64,000 bases of DNA from assembly GCA_951406725.2 (NCBI GenBank), contig OX597820.1, positions 54,808,001-54,872,000 on the forward strand, written 5' to 3'. The translations under genes were made by a program, and so were the position numbers. This stretch comes from Octopus vulgaris (Eukaryota). Below are positions 1 through 12,076 of this stretch, piece after piece. Below the pieces are notes generated by a model. It made no database searches. It was given only the letters and a program-made list of their open reading frames with translations, and was not told the DNA's origin. Each line of letters begins with the position of its first letter. The first letter of the stretch is position 1.

Positions 1-469
1 TTCTATACTCAAAAACAACCCTGCCTGCATTCTCAAAAGAGGAAACAGACTGGTGAATGGTATGTTACCTAGCTACACGACTGGAGGCAATGGTAAATCA
101 CTGACAATGGTCAATATAACAGTCTGTGATTTTCCACAGAACCTTCCTGTTCAGTGTTGAACACTTTGATAAAGTCAATAATTGTCAATACAGTGCCTAG
201 TTCTGTTTTCACATTTCCTTAAGAGTTGCCAGAGAATAAATAACAGTTGGTGCTACTCTTGTGACTCTGAATCTACACCGGCTTTCTGGGAGCCATCCGG
301 CAATGATGACTATCAGTCTATTCAGGAGTATTTTCCTCAAAAAATCTTGTGAAGGAAAACAGTTATCCTGTGAGTTGGAGCAAATAAACTTCCCCATTAC
401 TTGTTCTTGTACAGGATGATGATCAAATCAATATTGCACCCCACTCAGTTGAGGGACCTTGTTTTGCAA

Positions 470-680
470 TTGATTGTTGACCTCACCAGTGCTGGTGCCA
501 TGAAAAAAAGCACCCTGTACTCTCTGTAAAATGGTTGGGATTTGGAAGGGCATTCAGTCATAGAAAGCTTGTCAAAGCAGATATTAGAGCTCAACACAAT
601 CTTCTGGCTTGTCAGACCCTGTCAAACTATCCAACCCATGACAGTATGGAAAGCAGGTGTTAAATAATGATGATGATGAT
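470..680 (+). mobile_element. RTE-LINE 3' tail / RTE-tailed short element ending in (GAT)n
   Basis: Matches the sequence that directly follows the RTE ORF at 13080-13300 (..aaaaagcacc..ggttgg..ggaagggcat..cccatg..catggaaa..gttaaa(tga)n). Many other copies in the window. Confidence 0.75.
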
Positions 681-954
681 AAAATATATACACATACACA
701 CTTTTTCAGGTAGCTGTTGTCATTCATATGCATCTCATACTCATATCTATACAACCCTCTGTTGAGCACACTACAGATGATTCCTCATACATCCAGTTTT
801 TCTTTCATCTCATTTGTACTCCATTATTCATTTCTTCTTAGCTTTAGCAAATCCTCTGTATTCAAAGCTTATGCCTCACTATCATGCAGCACTGTACTTC
901 ACACACAATGCTGTATTCAATCTTCCCATAACTGGTTTACATTTAAATCTGTTT

Positions 955-1205
955 CATCATCGCCGTTTAACGTCTGCTTTCCATGCTGGCATGGGTTGGA
1001 TGGTTTGACTGAGGTATAGCAAGCCAGAAGGCTGCACCAGACTCCAATCCGATCTGGCAAAGTTTCTACAGCTTGATGCCCTTCCTAACGCCAACCACTC
1101 CGAGAGTGTAATGGGTGCTTTTTACATGCCACCAGCACAAGGGCCAGTCAGGTGGTACTGGCACTGACCACACTTGAATGATGCTTTTTATGTGCCACCA
1201 GCACA
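955..1205 (-). mobile_element. RTE 3' tail copy with two ~66-nt internal units
   Basis: Begins catcatcgccgtttaacgtctgctttccatgctggcatgggttgg on +. Same family as 27645-27930 and 61833-62175. Confidence 0.8.
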
Positions 1206-2342
1206 GGGTTATATTTATGAAACATTATAGTCCATGAATTAATCTGCTAATTTTTATACATTTTAACATCCACTTTCCTAGGTCAGAAAGAAATAATAAT
1301 TCAAGTTCACTATCCTTCAGTTAGGTCAACTGCACTATAGATGTCAGTAAAAAAAAGGAGGATCTCCAATAATGTTGCTACATAATATGTGGTGATAACA
1401 TAATATGTGGTGATGCAATGGAGTAAAATAAATGAAGAAGCTTATACCATATGTCATCAGGATTACTAGGTTCACTTGGCACACCAAAAGAAAGGGTGCA
1501 AATTATATATGAACATGCCCTTTTGATTTAGGAGACTTCAATTTGCAGAACATCTAAGCACTGCCATGTCAATCAATAAAGCCAAGAACAAACACTGACA
1601 CGTTGGACTGCATCTTGAAGAATGGTTTTAATAATGACCAATTGTATGTGAGATGCTCAAGTTGGAAGTTTCTATAATCTTGTTATTTATATGATGCCAC
1701 ACGGATTTTTTGTCAGTGAACAGGTCGTGGTCTTAAAGCGACGAAAATATTTTGACAAATTAAACTTAAATGTTGAAGTGAATCGAACGGCTTTTGTGTG
1801 TTTCTTAAATGGCTTACCAACACCTTCCACGCTGCAATTGTTTTCGTTTCAGCACACGATCTCAGATCAAATCATTTGCTATGCAAGTACATCTCTGTTA
1901 TTTATATGTTGGTTGGTAAAATATTAAAAAAAAAAACATTATAGCTCTTGAGGTGCTGACATGACAATGTTCAGAATTCTCAAGGCTACAATGTTACTTA
2001 TATCATACAAGCTGGGTCCCACTGCAACTCTTACTGTAATTTCTTTATCACAGCATGTACCGCATTTCCAATATTTGCATCTGTAGGTCTCCTCTCTGCA
2101 CTCTGATTTCTTCATATTATAGGAGTGATATTTCCAGAGCATGGAAACCACACAGCTATGTCTGCACCTACAGGCATAGTTGCAGGTTCAGTTATAACTG
2201 TGTGGTTCAGAAACTCACTTATCAACCATGTGGCATCAGGCTAAGTCCAACTGAGCAGTACCATGAGCATTGTCTTCTACTATAGCCCCAGACTGACTAA
2301 TGCCTTGTGACGGAATATGGAAGACAAACTGAAAGAAGCACA

Positions 2343-2377
<35 letters not shown>

Positions 2378-2378
<1 letters not shown>

Positions 2379-2744
2379 TTCCAAGAAAGAGGTTGTGAAT
2401 TCAACCAACTAAGGGATAATATCTATCCAATATACTGCTTGTAGAATACCCAATTATTAATACACAAGTGTTTTTTATTGCGTTGCAATTACATTACCAA
2501 GTGTACTAAATGGGTGAAGGTAAAGAGATATTTTACCATTGATTTATAGAGCAATAAGAAAATGGAGGGATCAATAGGTGGTTCATCAACTTTTAGATAT
2601 TATATTATGTAAACTTATCTATTTATTTACTAAAATGACAATTACAAAAAAGTCATTTTAGTAAATAAATAAGTTGACATAATATAATGTCTAAAAGTTG
2701 ATGAATCACCTATTGATCCCCTCCATTTTCTTATTGCTCTCTCT

Positions 2745-2745
<1 letters not shown>
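2378..2745 (-). mobile_element. (TA)n-embedded fold-back element, truncated relative of the hammerhead-bearing element at 56.1-57.0 kb
   Basis: Reverse complement gggtattctacaagcagtatattggatagatattatcccttagttggttgaatt matches 56878-56930. Contains a ~90-bp inverted repeat (about 2548-2639 vs 2652-2741). Flanked by (TA)n on both sides. Confidence 0.6.
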
Positions 2746-2828
<83 letters not shown>

Positions 2829-3655
2829 TGTGTAAGCACGTGTGTGTCTTTGTGAATGTTTACATCTGTAGGGAGCTATGTTACAAGTAGTTACATCATT
2901 TGTGGCTGGGCTGCAACCAGTGATGCTTGTTTATTGACATTTCCTTGTTAGCAAATCGCCTGCTAGCTCTGGGATTAAAATTCTTCTACTGAAGAAAACA
3001 GGTATGTGTGGACTACAGGAAGGACATTTTGTCCATAAAAATTCTGTCGTTTAACCATTGCTATCATGGAAAAACATACTTTCTATTCATTTTCAAATTA
3101 TTTTAAGAATTAAAGACGATCATGAATAAAAAAAAAAACGAAATAAATGTTTTTTTCATTTACTCAATTCCGTATTCTTCTTGAACATACTTGGACAAGT
3201 ATGTGTCATTTATACAGATTATTAAATATATTACTAGGTATGTATCTGTAACAGTGCAGTAGGCCTTCCTGCATTAGATATCAAACTGCAATAAATCCAA
3301 TACGGTTCTATTAAACTGAATACGATTAAATTACAATTTACTTTTCAGCCGGGACAACGCCGGGTATATGTTGTGTGTGTATGTGTGTATAAAGGTCGCC
3401 AACAAGAGAAAATGGACATTAAATGATATAAGTATATAGACACGAATCTATAATAATACACATATACTCATGGTTGTATATATAATGGCAAATTTTGGGA
3501 AGTACATATATCCACATATTCACATTATTATACACACACACATATAGACAGATAGATAGATAGATAGATATAATATATATTATCAAGGACCTATAATCCT
3601 TTAAGGGATGCTAGCATCCTAGTTCTCCCGTTTAGTGGAAACTAAATATATTGGT

Positions 3656-3705
<50 letters not shown>

Positions 3706-3837
3706 CATTTAAAATATTTATGAATGAGGAAAAGAAGAAAATGGAGTAATTGACATACAGACATCAGTTTATTTAAAGATATTCAAATCCATATAATGAA
3801 ATTAAATAAACTGATGTCAATCTCTCCATGTTCTCTT

Positions 3838-3879
<42 letters not shown>

Positions 3880-3914
3880 TACGGTTAGACTAAAGCGTTA
3901 AGACTCAGTTGAAT

Positions 3915-4032
3915 TAGGTACTTGGAATTGGCGAAGGTAAAATACGTACACCCGTTTTCGGCGTAACAAAAACCTTAACCCTTAACACTGGGTGCGCGTA
4001 TTCTTTACTTTTGCCCTTAAATTGAGGCACCT
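3915..4032. mobile_element. Small MITE-like inverted-repeat element
   Basis: Imperfect arms aggtacttggaattggcgaaggtaaaatacgtacaccc / gggtgcgcgtattctttacttttgcccttaaattgaggcacct around aaccttaacccttaac. Confidence 0.5.
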
Positions 4033-4535
4033 TGTTAGGTCGCAATAATATGCACACCCAAACAATATAAAGTGGATATCAAACTCGACGCAGAAGCGTT
4101 ACTCATATATATATATATATATTGGTCAGCCCCGATTAAATTACAGCCAGCCGGTTTCCAGATTACTGACATCAAATGTATATATTCTATACCGTTATTG
4201 AGTTCTTTATCTTTAGTCTTATCATATTGTGCGATGACAGTGAGTAGGAGCTGATAAAAAGGAACTATATATACATGTAAGCAAAAGATTCTTACGGACG
4301 TAAATAGATATGTGGTTGGTTATTATTTATATGTAATTTTAAAGCCTATGAAAACAGTGGATATTAAGTAAATAACGGATTCAGTCCAAGTGCAGAATCA
4401 ATATTGATATTAATTTTATTGACAGTGGCATTAAAGTTTTGCTGTATATGTTTGGCTTCCCCAGTTAAGCTAGACATTCGGTAAAACTTCGAAGTTAACT
4501 GTCAATAAAAATTACATATGTAGTTGTGTCTGCGC

Positions 4536-4572
<37 letters not shown>

Positions 4573-4747
4573 TTGAAAACCCCACTAGAATGGGAGAAAG
4601 CGCTAATACATGATCTAAGTTATATGATTGATGTATAAGAAATGTAATATATAAATAAATATCTGTAAATATAAACATCCGATTTTCTGAGTACCTCATT
4701 TCTTCTAATATAAAATACTTGTACATCATCTCCAAACCTTCCAGTAA

Positions 4748-4781
<34 letters not shown>

Positions 4782-5011
4782 GCGCGCGCAGTTGGTGGTA
4801 GAACGGAGAATTACAAAGTATACAAACGGAATCTAGAGTGAGATGCAACATATATATATAAATATATACATTTATACTTTGCAAAACGATAGGATTAAGT
4901 GTGTACTTACGAGGTATTTACATATACGTGTGTGTATACTCTAACAACAACAACACACAGGGAAGTGAAGGGTGCGATGCCGGCGTGGTTCTTTTACGAA
5001 CCTCTTCTTAC

Positions 5012-5046
5012 CTCACTGTACAGATATGATGCAATCTTTGGTCCAT
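5012..5046 (-). CDS. Putative first coding exon of a minus-strand gene (MDQRLHHICTV + 2 nt)
   Basis: ccATGg start context, strong donor GAG|GTAAG (intron starts at 5011 on -), within a CpG-retaining region at about 3.9-6.1 kb. No downstream exon identified; could be UTR only. Confidence 0.35.
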
Positions 5047-6065
5047 GGAAGCGAAATTTCTAAGTTGAAACGTGTGTATATGTCAGTATTTTTTTTTTTT
5101 TGAAATCCACGAACGGAATTTTGGCGAGGAGGATAAAAGAGGACAGATAAACAAGTTAGGTAACTGCTTGCGAAATGTTGATGGCGGTAGTAATAGTAGT
5201 AGTAGTAGTGTTTGAAAATTTTTAGTAATAGTAGGAGAGGCGGTGATTCTGTTGGATCTCCGTCGTTCGACATTTACGATTCAATTGTACGGTCAGCAGG
5301 ATCTGTTTCTGTATTAAAGTGTGGCTCAGCATTCCGCATCTTCATATATATATATCCTTGTCGTGATTCTCAGGCAGAATCAGTGTAGCACACATAGAAC
5401 GCGACAAGGCTGGAATTTTGAATTACAAGTACAATCTCCCCGATGGGCTAGGTGTATAGTTTTCGTTTACGTAGTTTCACTTACAAGCTGTAGGTCAACC
5501 CGAAGCTGCACAGGTACGGGTGACCTTTGTCGAGTAGCGGGCCGCACTACTAAAAAAAAAGAAATTTGAAATAATTTTCCGTTTGCGTATCATGCAGAAA
5601 GTCCTGCAAATCTTAGTTTTCCCATCACTGGGCTAGCATATAGTTTCTGTCTACCTAGTTTCTCTTAGATGGTATAGGTCAACTCGAAGCTTGTGAAAAT
5701 GACAGTAGCTTAAGATGTCACGCAGAGAAAGCAAATTCGTTCCAGACTTTTTCTTATTATTTTTATTTCAATTATTATCCAGTCTATACTTTTTTTTGTT
5801 TTAGATTGTGGGGTGTGGTTTAATGGATTATTGGCTGGTATTTCTAACAGATCGAGCAGCTTACACAGAAGATCCCTCTCTAGTTCGTATTAGTAGCAGC
5901 AGCAGTTACAAAAGCCTTGCAGAATTTGGTTACATCCCTTTGAAAAACCCGCCAGAAACGGTGGCACTATTTAGATTCATCGATTTCGAGGTCGAATTCA
6001 CTTAATAATCCCCTGCTTTAAAATTTATGGCTTGCACCAAAATCAGTAACAGCAAAAATGTTAAT

Positions 6066-6238
6066 ATCCTGCTGTCGACACCGCTTACTCCGTCGTCTTT
6101 AGAATTACATATGCTCCTGCTATCTACTAGAATCTGTATTATTTAATAAGAGTGATACTAGTACTTGTGAATGGGAGCTATAGAAGTATTATATGTAATT
6201 CTAAGGAAGTAAAATAAGTAGCATCGGCAGCAGGCTAT
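6066..6238. mobile_element. MITE-like element with imperfect terminal inverted repeats
   Basis: atcctgctgtcgacaccgcttact..ttagaattacatat vs atatgtaattctaa..aagtagcatcggcagcaggctat. Confidence 0.5.
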
Positions 6239-6574
6239 TCGAAAATTTAGAAATGAGTTTGCGAAGTGTTATTCAAGAATAAATGAAAAGAAATACATGT
6301 CCTAAAATAAACTGAAATCATTTAATAAGTTAAATAACGTTCACTATGTTCATAATATAAGCACCATTTTTGCTCTGTCATAAAAGTTATGACAAGACGA
6401 AGGGAAGTAATTATGATAATGGCATTTTTATTTTCCAGATCTGAACTATAATATTCGGGGCAAAGAAAGATGGAGAAAAGTTAAAAGTGATACAAAAATA
6501 CAACAAAATTTCCTCAAAGATAGCTTACGTATATAATGAATCTGACATTCTTACACAAGTATGCCCTGTTCCTT

Positions 6575-6910
6575 TGGCTTTATTTCTTTAAGAAAAATGG
6601 ATATTTTTTGATGAATTTTTTTACAAATACCTTTCAGATGGTGTAGATTCCGACTGAATTGGAATTTAATGTGGGGAAAAATTGATGAATGAGCACACAT
6701 ACACATTGACACACATCACGTATATACTGTACCTACAAAATGAAACTTGAAATTTTGAAAAAAATATGTCAGTATATATGTGTGTATGCCCACTAATTTT
6801 TAAAAGCTTTTTTACACTTTAAATTCTGGCATAACCATAAACTACACCATCTGAAAGATATTTACAGAAAAATATATTCAAAAATTACTCAGTTTTTAAA
6901 AAGTTATGAA
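6575..6910. mobile_element. Inverted-repeat non-autonomous DNA element
   Basis: tacaaatacctttcagatggtgtag pairs with ctacaccatctgaaagatatttac. Related sequence at about 30160-30240. Confidence 0.45.
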
Positions 6911-6911
6911 G

Positions 6912-7302
6912 AGGTATGGCTATGTGGTAAGAAGCTTGCTTCCTAATCACATGGTTCCAAGTTCAGTCCCACTGCGTGGTACCTTGGGCAAATGTCTTCT
7001 ACTATAACCTCAGGCTGACCAAAGCCTTGTGAGTGGATTTGTTAGACAGAAACTGAAAGAAACCCATCATAAATATAGATATATGTATATATATCTGTAT
7101 GTGTCTGTGTTTGTCCCTCACCACTGCTTGACAACCAGTGTTGGTGTGTTTGCATCCCCATAACTTAGTAGTTTGGCAAAAGAGACCGATAGAATAAGTA
7201 TCAGGTTTAAAATACATAAGTACAGGGGTTGATTCATTCGACTAAAAGTTCAAGGCAGTGCCTCAGCATGGCCACAGTCTAATGACTGGAACAAGAAAAA
7301 GA
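6912..7302 (+). mobile_element. tRNA-derived SINE family A (head + microsatellite + ..gaaacaagtaaaaga tail)
   Basis: A/B-box-like head tggctatgtggtaagaagcttgc..gttcagtcccactg, body ccttgggcaa..gtgagtggatttg..gaaactgaaagaa. Over 15 full or partial copies in the window. Confidence 0.85.
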
Positions 7303-7529
7303 TGAAGTCACAGGTGAACACACTTGTTTAGATGTATGCAATGCTTTTTAAAAATGTTTAATGAAAATATTAATGAAACTTCTTTGAATTGCTTATTTTT
7401 CTTCATTTGCATCAGTTTTCCTTCTCTCGCTCCATTTTCATCTGGTATGTCTGGGGTATTTCCAACTATCTCCAGCACACCTCTAGACCATAAACTATTG
7501 GTCCTGAAATATGATGTTTTGACAGTTAT

Positions 7530-8020
7530 AATAAATAATAATAATGAAATTATTGTATACAGTGCTCAGGTGCACCACAACTTGTCAGAAAGTGCATATA
7601 AAGTATATGCAGTAATGTACAAATGTCTGGAAAGCGAGCAATGTATGAGTCAGATACATGCTTGTGTGTGTATGGAGGGGATAAAATCAGGTGTAGTGTT
7701 GGCGAATCTCAGAAAGCATGGAAGGTTTGAAGGATGCAGTGCTCCGACAACTAACAACTGATGCCGGCAGTTTGTTCCATGCTTCAGCAACTCTCAGCAT
7801 GAAAAAATGTTTCCTAAAGTCATGGGAGCTGTGCTGTTTTCTGATTTTGTAAATATGTCCATGGGTGTTAGACAGGTGGAGTTTGAAAAGGTGCTCAGAG
7901 TTATTGTTTGTAAGATGGTTAATAATTTTATGGGTGTCTGCCAAGTTGAGGACATAAGGTTGCAAATTGGTAATAGGAGGTGCATATGAACCTAGGGCAG
8001 TGATGTGCAGTAAAATAATT
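7530..8020 (-). mobile_element. CR1-type LINE 3' fragment (related to 43270-45800)
   Basis: Translation NTHGHIYKIRKQHSSHDFRKHFFMLRVAEAWNKLP is nearly identical to the C-terminus of the 791-aa ORF. Same 3' end gtgcacctgagcactgta..(tta)n. Confidence 0.9.
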
Positions 8021-9099
8021 GCTCTTAATAGATGCCTCACTTGTACAACATGAGATAGTCAAGCAACTGATAGTTTGAAGAATTCAAGGACTGCAGAGAC
8101 AGAGATGAACTTAGAGCAGGCCTTGCTGACTCGAATTACATTCATGAAATAAAGTGCATGTGACATTATGTCTCTGCTTAAGATAAACTCTATTTTATAG
8201 TCATAAAATGAAAATTATGACAAGTATGGAGGGAAGTAATTGAGTTTTTCATTTATATTTTTATTTGCTTCTTTTAATGAAGAATATGCATCATCATATG
8301 CACTAATCATCAAATAATCAAATTACAGAACCAAGAATTTTTCATACTTTTTGTTTGTTTAAAATTATAAAATTGTAGGCTATTGCTTTATTGCCACTTA
8401 TAAATTCTAAACTTATTTTGAAACAAATGTTTTACACAAACAACTTTATTTTGATATTAAACACAATTCTTCAAGAAAGTATCAAGTGGGCCGTGAGATA
8501 AAAATCTCGGCCTCAGATTCGCCAGGTCTGACTTAGAGTAATGGAGTAAAGAAGCTTTTAGCTAGAATAACTGGAAGAAACAGGCCATTATAGTTGTGGT
8601 AGAAAAAGCAGAGAGATAGAAGAGATTGCATATCTCCTCATGGAAAGAAAGAGTGCCACTGCATACTCCAGAAGCTGAAATATATCTATGGATGATTTTA
8701 TACCATTTCATGTAGAATAAATTAAAAAATTTAAAAACAGGTGATATTTAATATAGTTGTTGAAAGATCAAATAGAAAACTGAATTGGTAAATGATTATT
8801 TTACATTCTTATGTTTATGTATTTGTTTTGCAAAGCTGAAGTGAAGAACAAATATATAGTGTATGTGTTTATTTGGCAAAAATTTTTTTTTTAATGACTT
8901 TCCTGAAATATAATATTTTTAATTCATCATTTTTTTTGTATTTATGTCTTGTCAACTAGATAAGGAAAGGATAAAAGGCAAAGTTGGATTCTGCAGGATT
9001 AGACCTCTGAATGTAGAGAGCCAGAACAAATACCACAAGGCATTCTATTCAACCTTCAAATGATTCTGCCAAATTGCCATCTGTACATATAAGAATCTT

Positions 9100-9517
9100 T
9101 TTATGCCTGTGGTTAAGAAGTTTGCCTGTCAACCAAGAGGTTTCAGGTTCAGTCCCATTGCATGGTACCTTGGGAAAGTGTTTTCTACTATAGTTTCATC
9201 AGCCAACCAGAATTCATTGTGCATGCGTGCACGTGTGTGTGTATGTATGTGTTGGTATTTCGTTGTCTTGGCATTGTGTGATATGTGATAGTTGTAAATG
9301 AGTGTCATCCTCATAGAAACAGTCTCATTCATTTCCAATCTTCCATCAAAACATGTCTGGTCATGGGGGAAAATGTTATCTTGCTAAGAAACAAGTGGTG
9401 ACAGGAATGACATCAGATCATAGAAAATCTGCCTCAATGAATTCTGTCTGAGCCAGGCAAGCATGGAAAAATGGACAATCAAATGATGATGATAATGATG
9501 GTTATGATGATGATGGA
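9100..9517 (+). mobile_element. Chimeric SINE: family A tRNA head with RTE-like 3' tail
   Basis: Head as in family A, then (TG)n, then ..gaaaatctgcctcaa..gcatggaaaaatggac..(gat)n. Same layout at 17730-18115. Confidence 0.6.
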
Positions 9518-12076
9518 TATCGCTTCCTTCTTGTATGCATAGTCATACAGATGTATTACTTTTTGCTGTCATTGTACACATGCTAAAATTAAGTGTGATT
9601 GTTTTTCTTCATTATCTATATGCAAACATCTATTTTATTTTTATTCATCTGTTTTTCTATGCTCTCGTTATGTGTGTATGATTTTGCACAGGTATGTGCA
9701 CACACATACATTAACTATATAGATATTTGTGCAAGTGTAATATTTATGCAAATGTGCAACCCTAATATAAACATATTTGTCTGTTGGCTGCATTAATATG
9801 TAATTGGGCTACACTGAAAGCTATGGATTTAATAAAACATTTTCACTCATCGCTGAAAAAGAAGTGGGCTGATATCTTCTTTTGTGTTGTTTCAGGATTA
9901 GCTTTCATGACATCACTAAATTAATGAATTGTTAAATCCTTATAGCATCAAGTCAAACTTGGCTTTGTATAGTTATTAAATATAATTCCCTCTTATATAA
10001 GTGAGTATAGAGTGGGCAGAAGCTTATAAAGAAATTACACCCAAGCCTGAAACACACATATCTCTCTTTCTCTCCTCTTTCTTTCCTTCCTCTCTCTTGA
10101 TTAAATTATCTCCTTTTCTCTTTTATATTTCATCCTCTTTATTCCATACACTTTCACTCTCTTTCCCTCTTACTATCACCCCTCTATCTGTCTCTCTCTC
10201 TCTTTCTTTCTTACTCATTTTCTCCCTGCAAAATATCAAGACACTATATAATATCTATGTATCAGAATTGTCAAGGTGTATGGTAGTAGTTAGAACTGTA
10301 CTGTGGAGGTAGTAAGGCATGTAGTAACTGGGAAGACTATGGTAGTGAAACATGTACAATTGAAGTAGAGGGCTTGCAATGTCTAGAATGTAAAAGGATG
10401 TATGGTAGTGAAACTTGGACAGTGGAGGACATTGTATGCTAATTGTAAACTAATGTCATTAATATACAAGTGGCATTAATCATTTGCAGTCTACTGTGAA
10501 AACATTCCCAGTCATTATTCTATTTGTGTTCAGAGGACAAGGATAAAAATTACTTTGCTTGGGAACTGGTGGGGCTTCACAATAAGAAGAGCATCCAGCT
10601 GCCGAATATCTGCCTCAACAAATTTTGTTTGACCAATTCAAACATGAAAACATGGATCCAACAACAATAATGTTGATGATGATGGTGATATATATATACT
10701 ACTAATATATAGGATGAAGTTTTTTTTACAGAAAAAATTTCATCAAAAAAGTGGCAGCATATTAAAATACCTTTAAAGGTTAAAATTATAAACAACTTAT
10801 AAACAAGGGCAAAAGAAAATTATTTCTATACCAATATGCTGATAACAGACTTTTAAATCATCAATTTCCACATATTATTATTATACACCCACTACAGAAA
10901 TACATTGTGCTGAAATCGAGGAAAGCTAGCCAACAGAATTTTTTTAAAAAGTTCGTTATTTCTATATTGAATCAATTCCGGAATTAATCTCATAGATGTT
11001 TTTCCTCTTCAGTAGAAAATACAAACAGAAATAAATGAAATACTTACATGCACCCATGGAAAAAAAGCTGAAGCAAATACATGTTCACTTTGCTAAATTT
11101 ATACTAAAGCTAACTCCAAACAGCCCATATGCCAGAGTCACCACTGATATCAGTGGCGACTCTGGCATTTGGGCTATTTGGGGAGTATCATAAAACTTTT
11201 GCATGCCATAACTGGAAGCCAATGCAATGCACCAAAATTTAACTTTCTCATTTCTCTTTCAAGCATATCAGCATCATCAACATGGTAGATGCTAATAAAG
11301 GTGTATATATATATATATTAAGTATGATACACAGGTGGCTATTTTAATTTAGTGCTGTTTCAATTGCACACACTGAGTTTTATTCAGCCTGGCAACTTTT
11401 CGCAATATCAGTAAATACATTATTTACTGTTTCCTATATATCAAAGGGGAAAGATTTTGTCTCAGCATGTGACTAACAAGTACATGTCATTCACAAGGCT
11501 CAGTTAAGCCAAAACACATTTAATATTCTTGTGGTTGGCATTAGGAAGTGCATCTGGCCATTGAATCTATGCCAATGCAGATATGAAAGTGTCATACAAT
11601 CATCAAACCATCCAACTTATACCAGCATGGAACACAGATGTCAAATGATAATGATTATGATGATAGTGGTGGTGATGGTGTTGTTGTTGTTATTGCTGTT
11701 GTTATTGTTTTCCATGTTTTCCAAGAAACTAGTGTTTATAACAAGTTAAACAAGCTCAAAAAAAATTTTCTTTTAGTAAGTGATTGCATGGTAAAATAAA
11801 TTATAAAAGTAGAAAGAAAAAGTACATTTTAGGGTACAAAGAAACAACAGTTACTCTAAGGTGTATAAAGTGGAGTAAAGTGGGACCACTATTATTTTCT
11901 ATTCATGTAAAAGTAAATTATTGATCCAAGAGTTCCATTTTGTAATGATATATTTGCCTTTGTATTAATTCCACATGTTACCTTAATTACTCTAAATATA
12001 GAATCAGGCTGGCTTTTCATGTTGGTGGTTCATTATTATATCTTAACACTAATAACATTTATTATATGTATACATA

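Noticed and set aside
1-430. Possible coding exon near the window start
   Set aside because: Short frames only, with no recognisable motif or convincing splice pair.
3345-3375. Helitron-like 3' hairpin ccgggacaacgccggg
   Set aside because: No CTAG terminus follows and no other Helitron feature was identified.
5013-5273. 86-aa minus ORF MSNDGDPTESPP..
   Set aside because: Contains (TAC)n and poly-A low-complexity runs and stops just before the donor. More likely 5' UTR/uORF than a protein.
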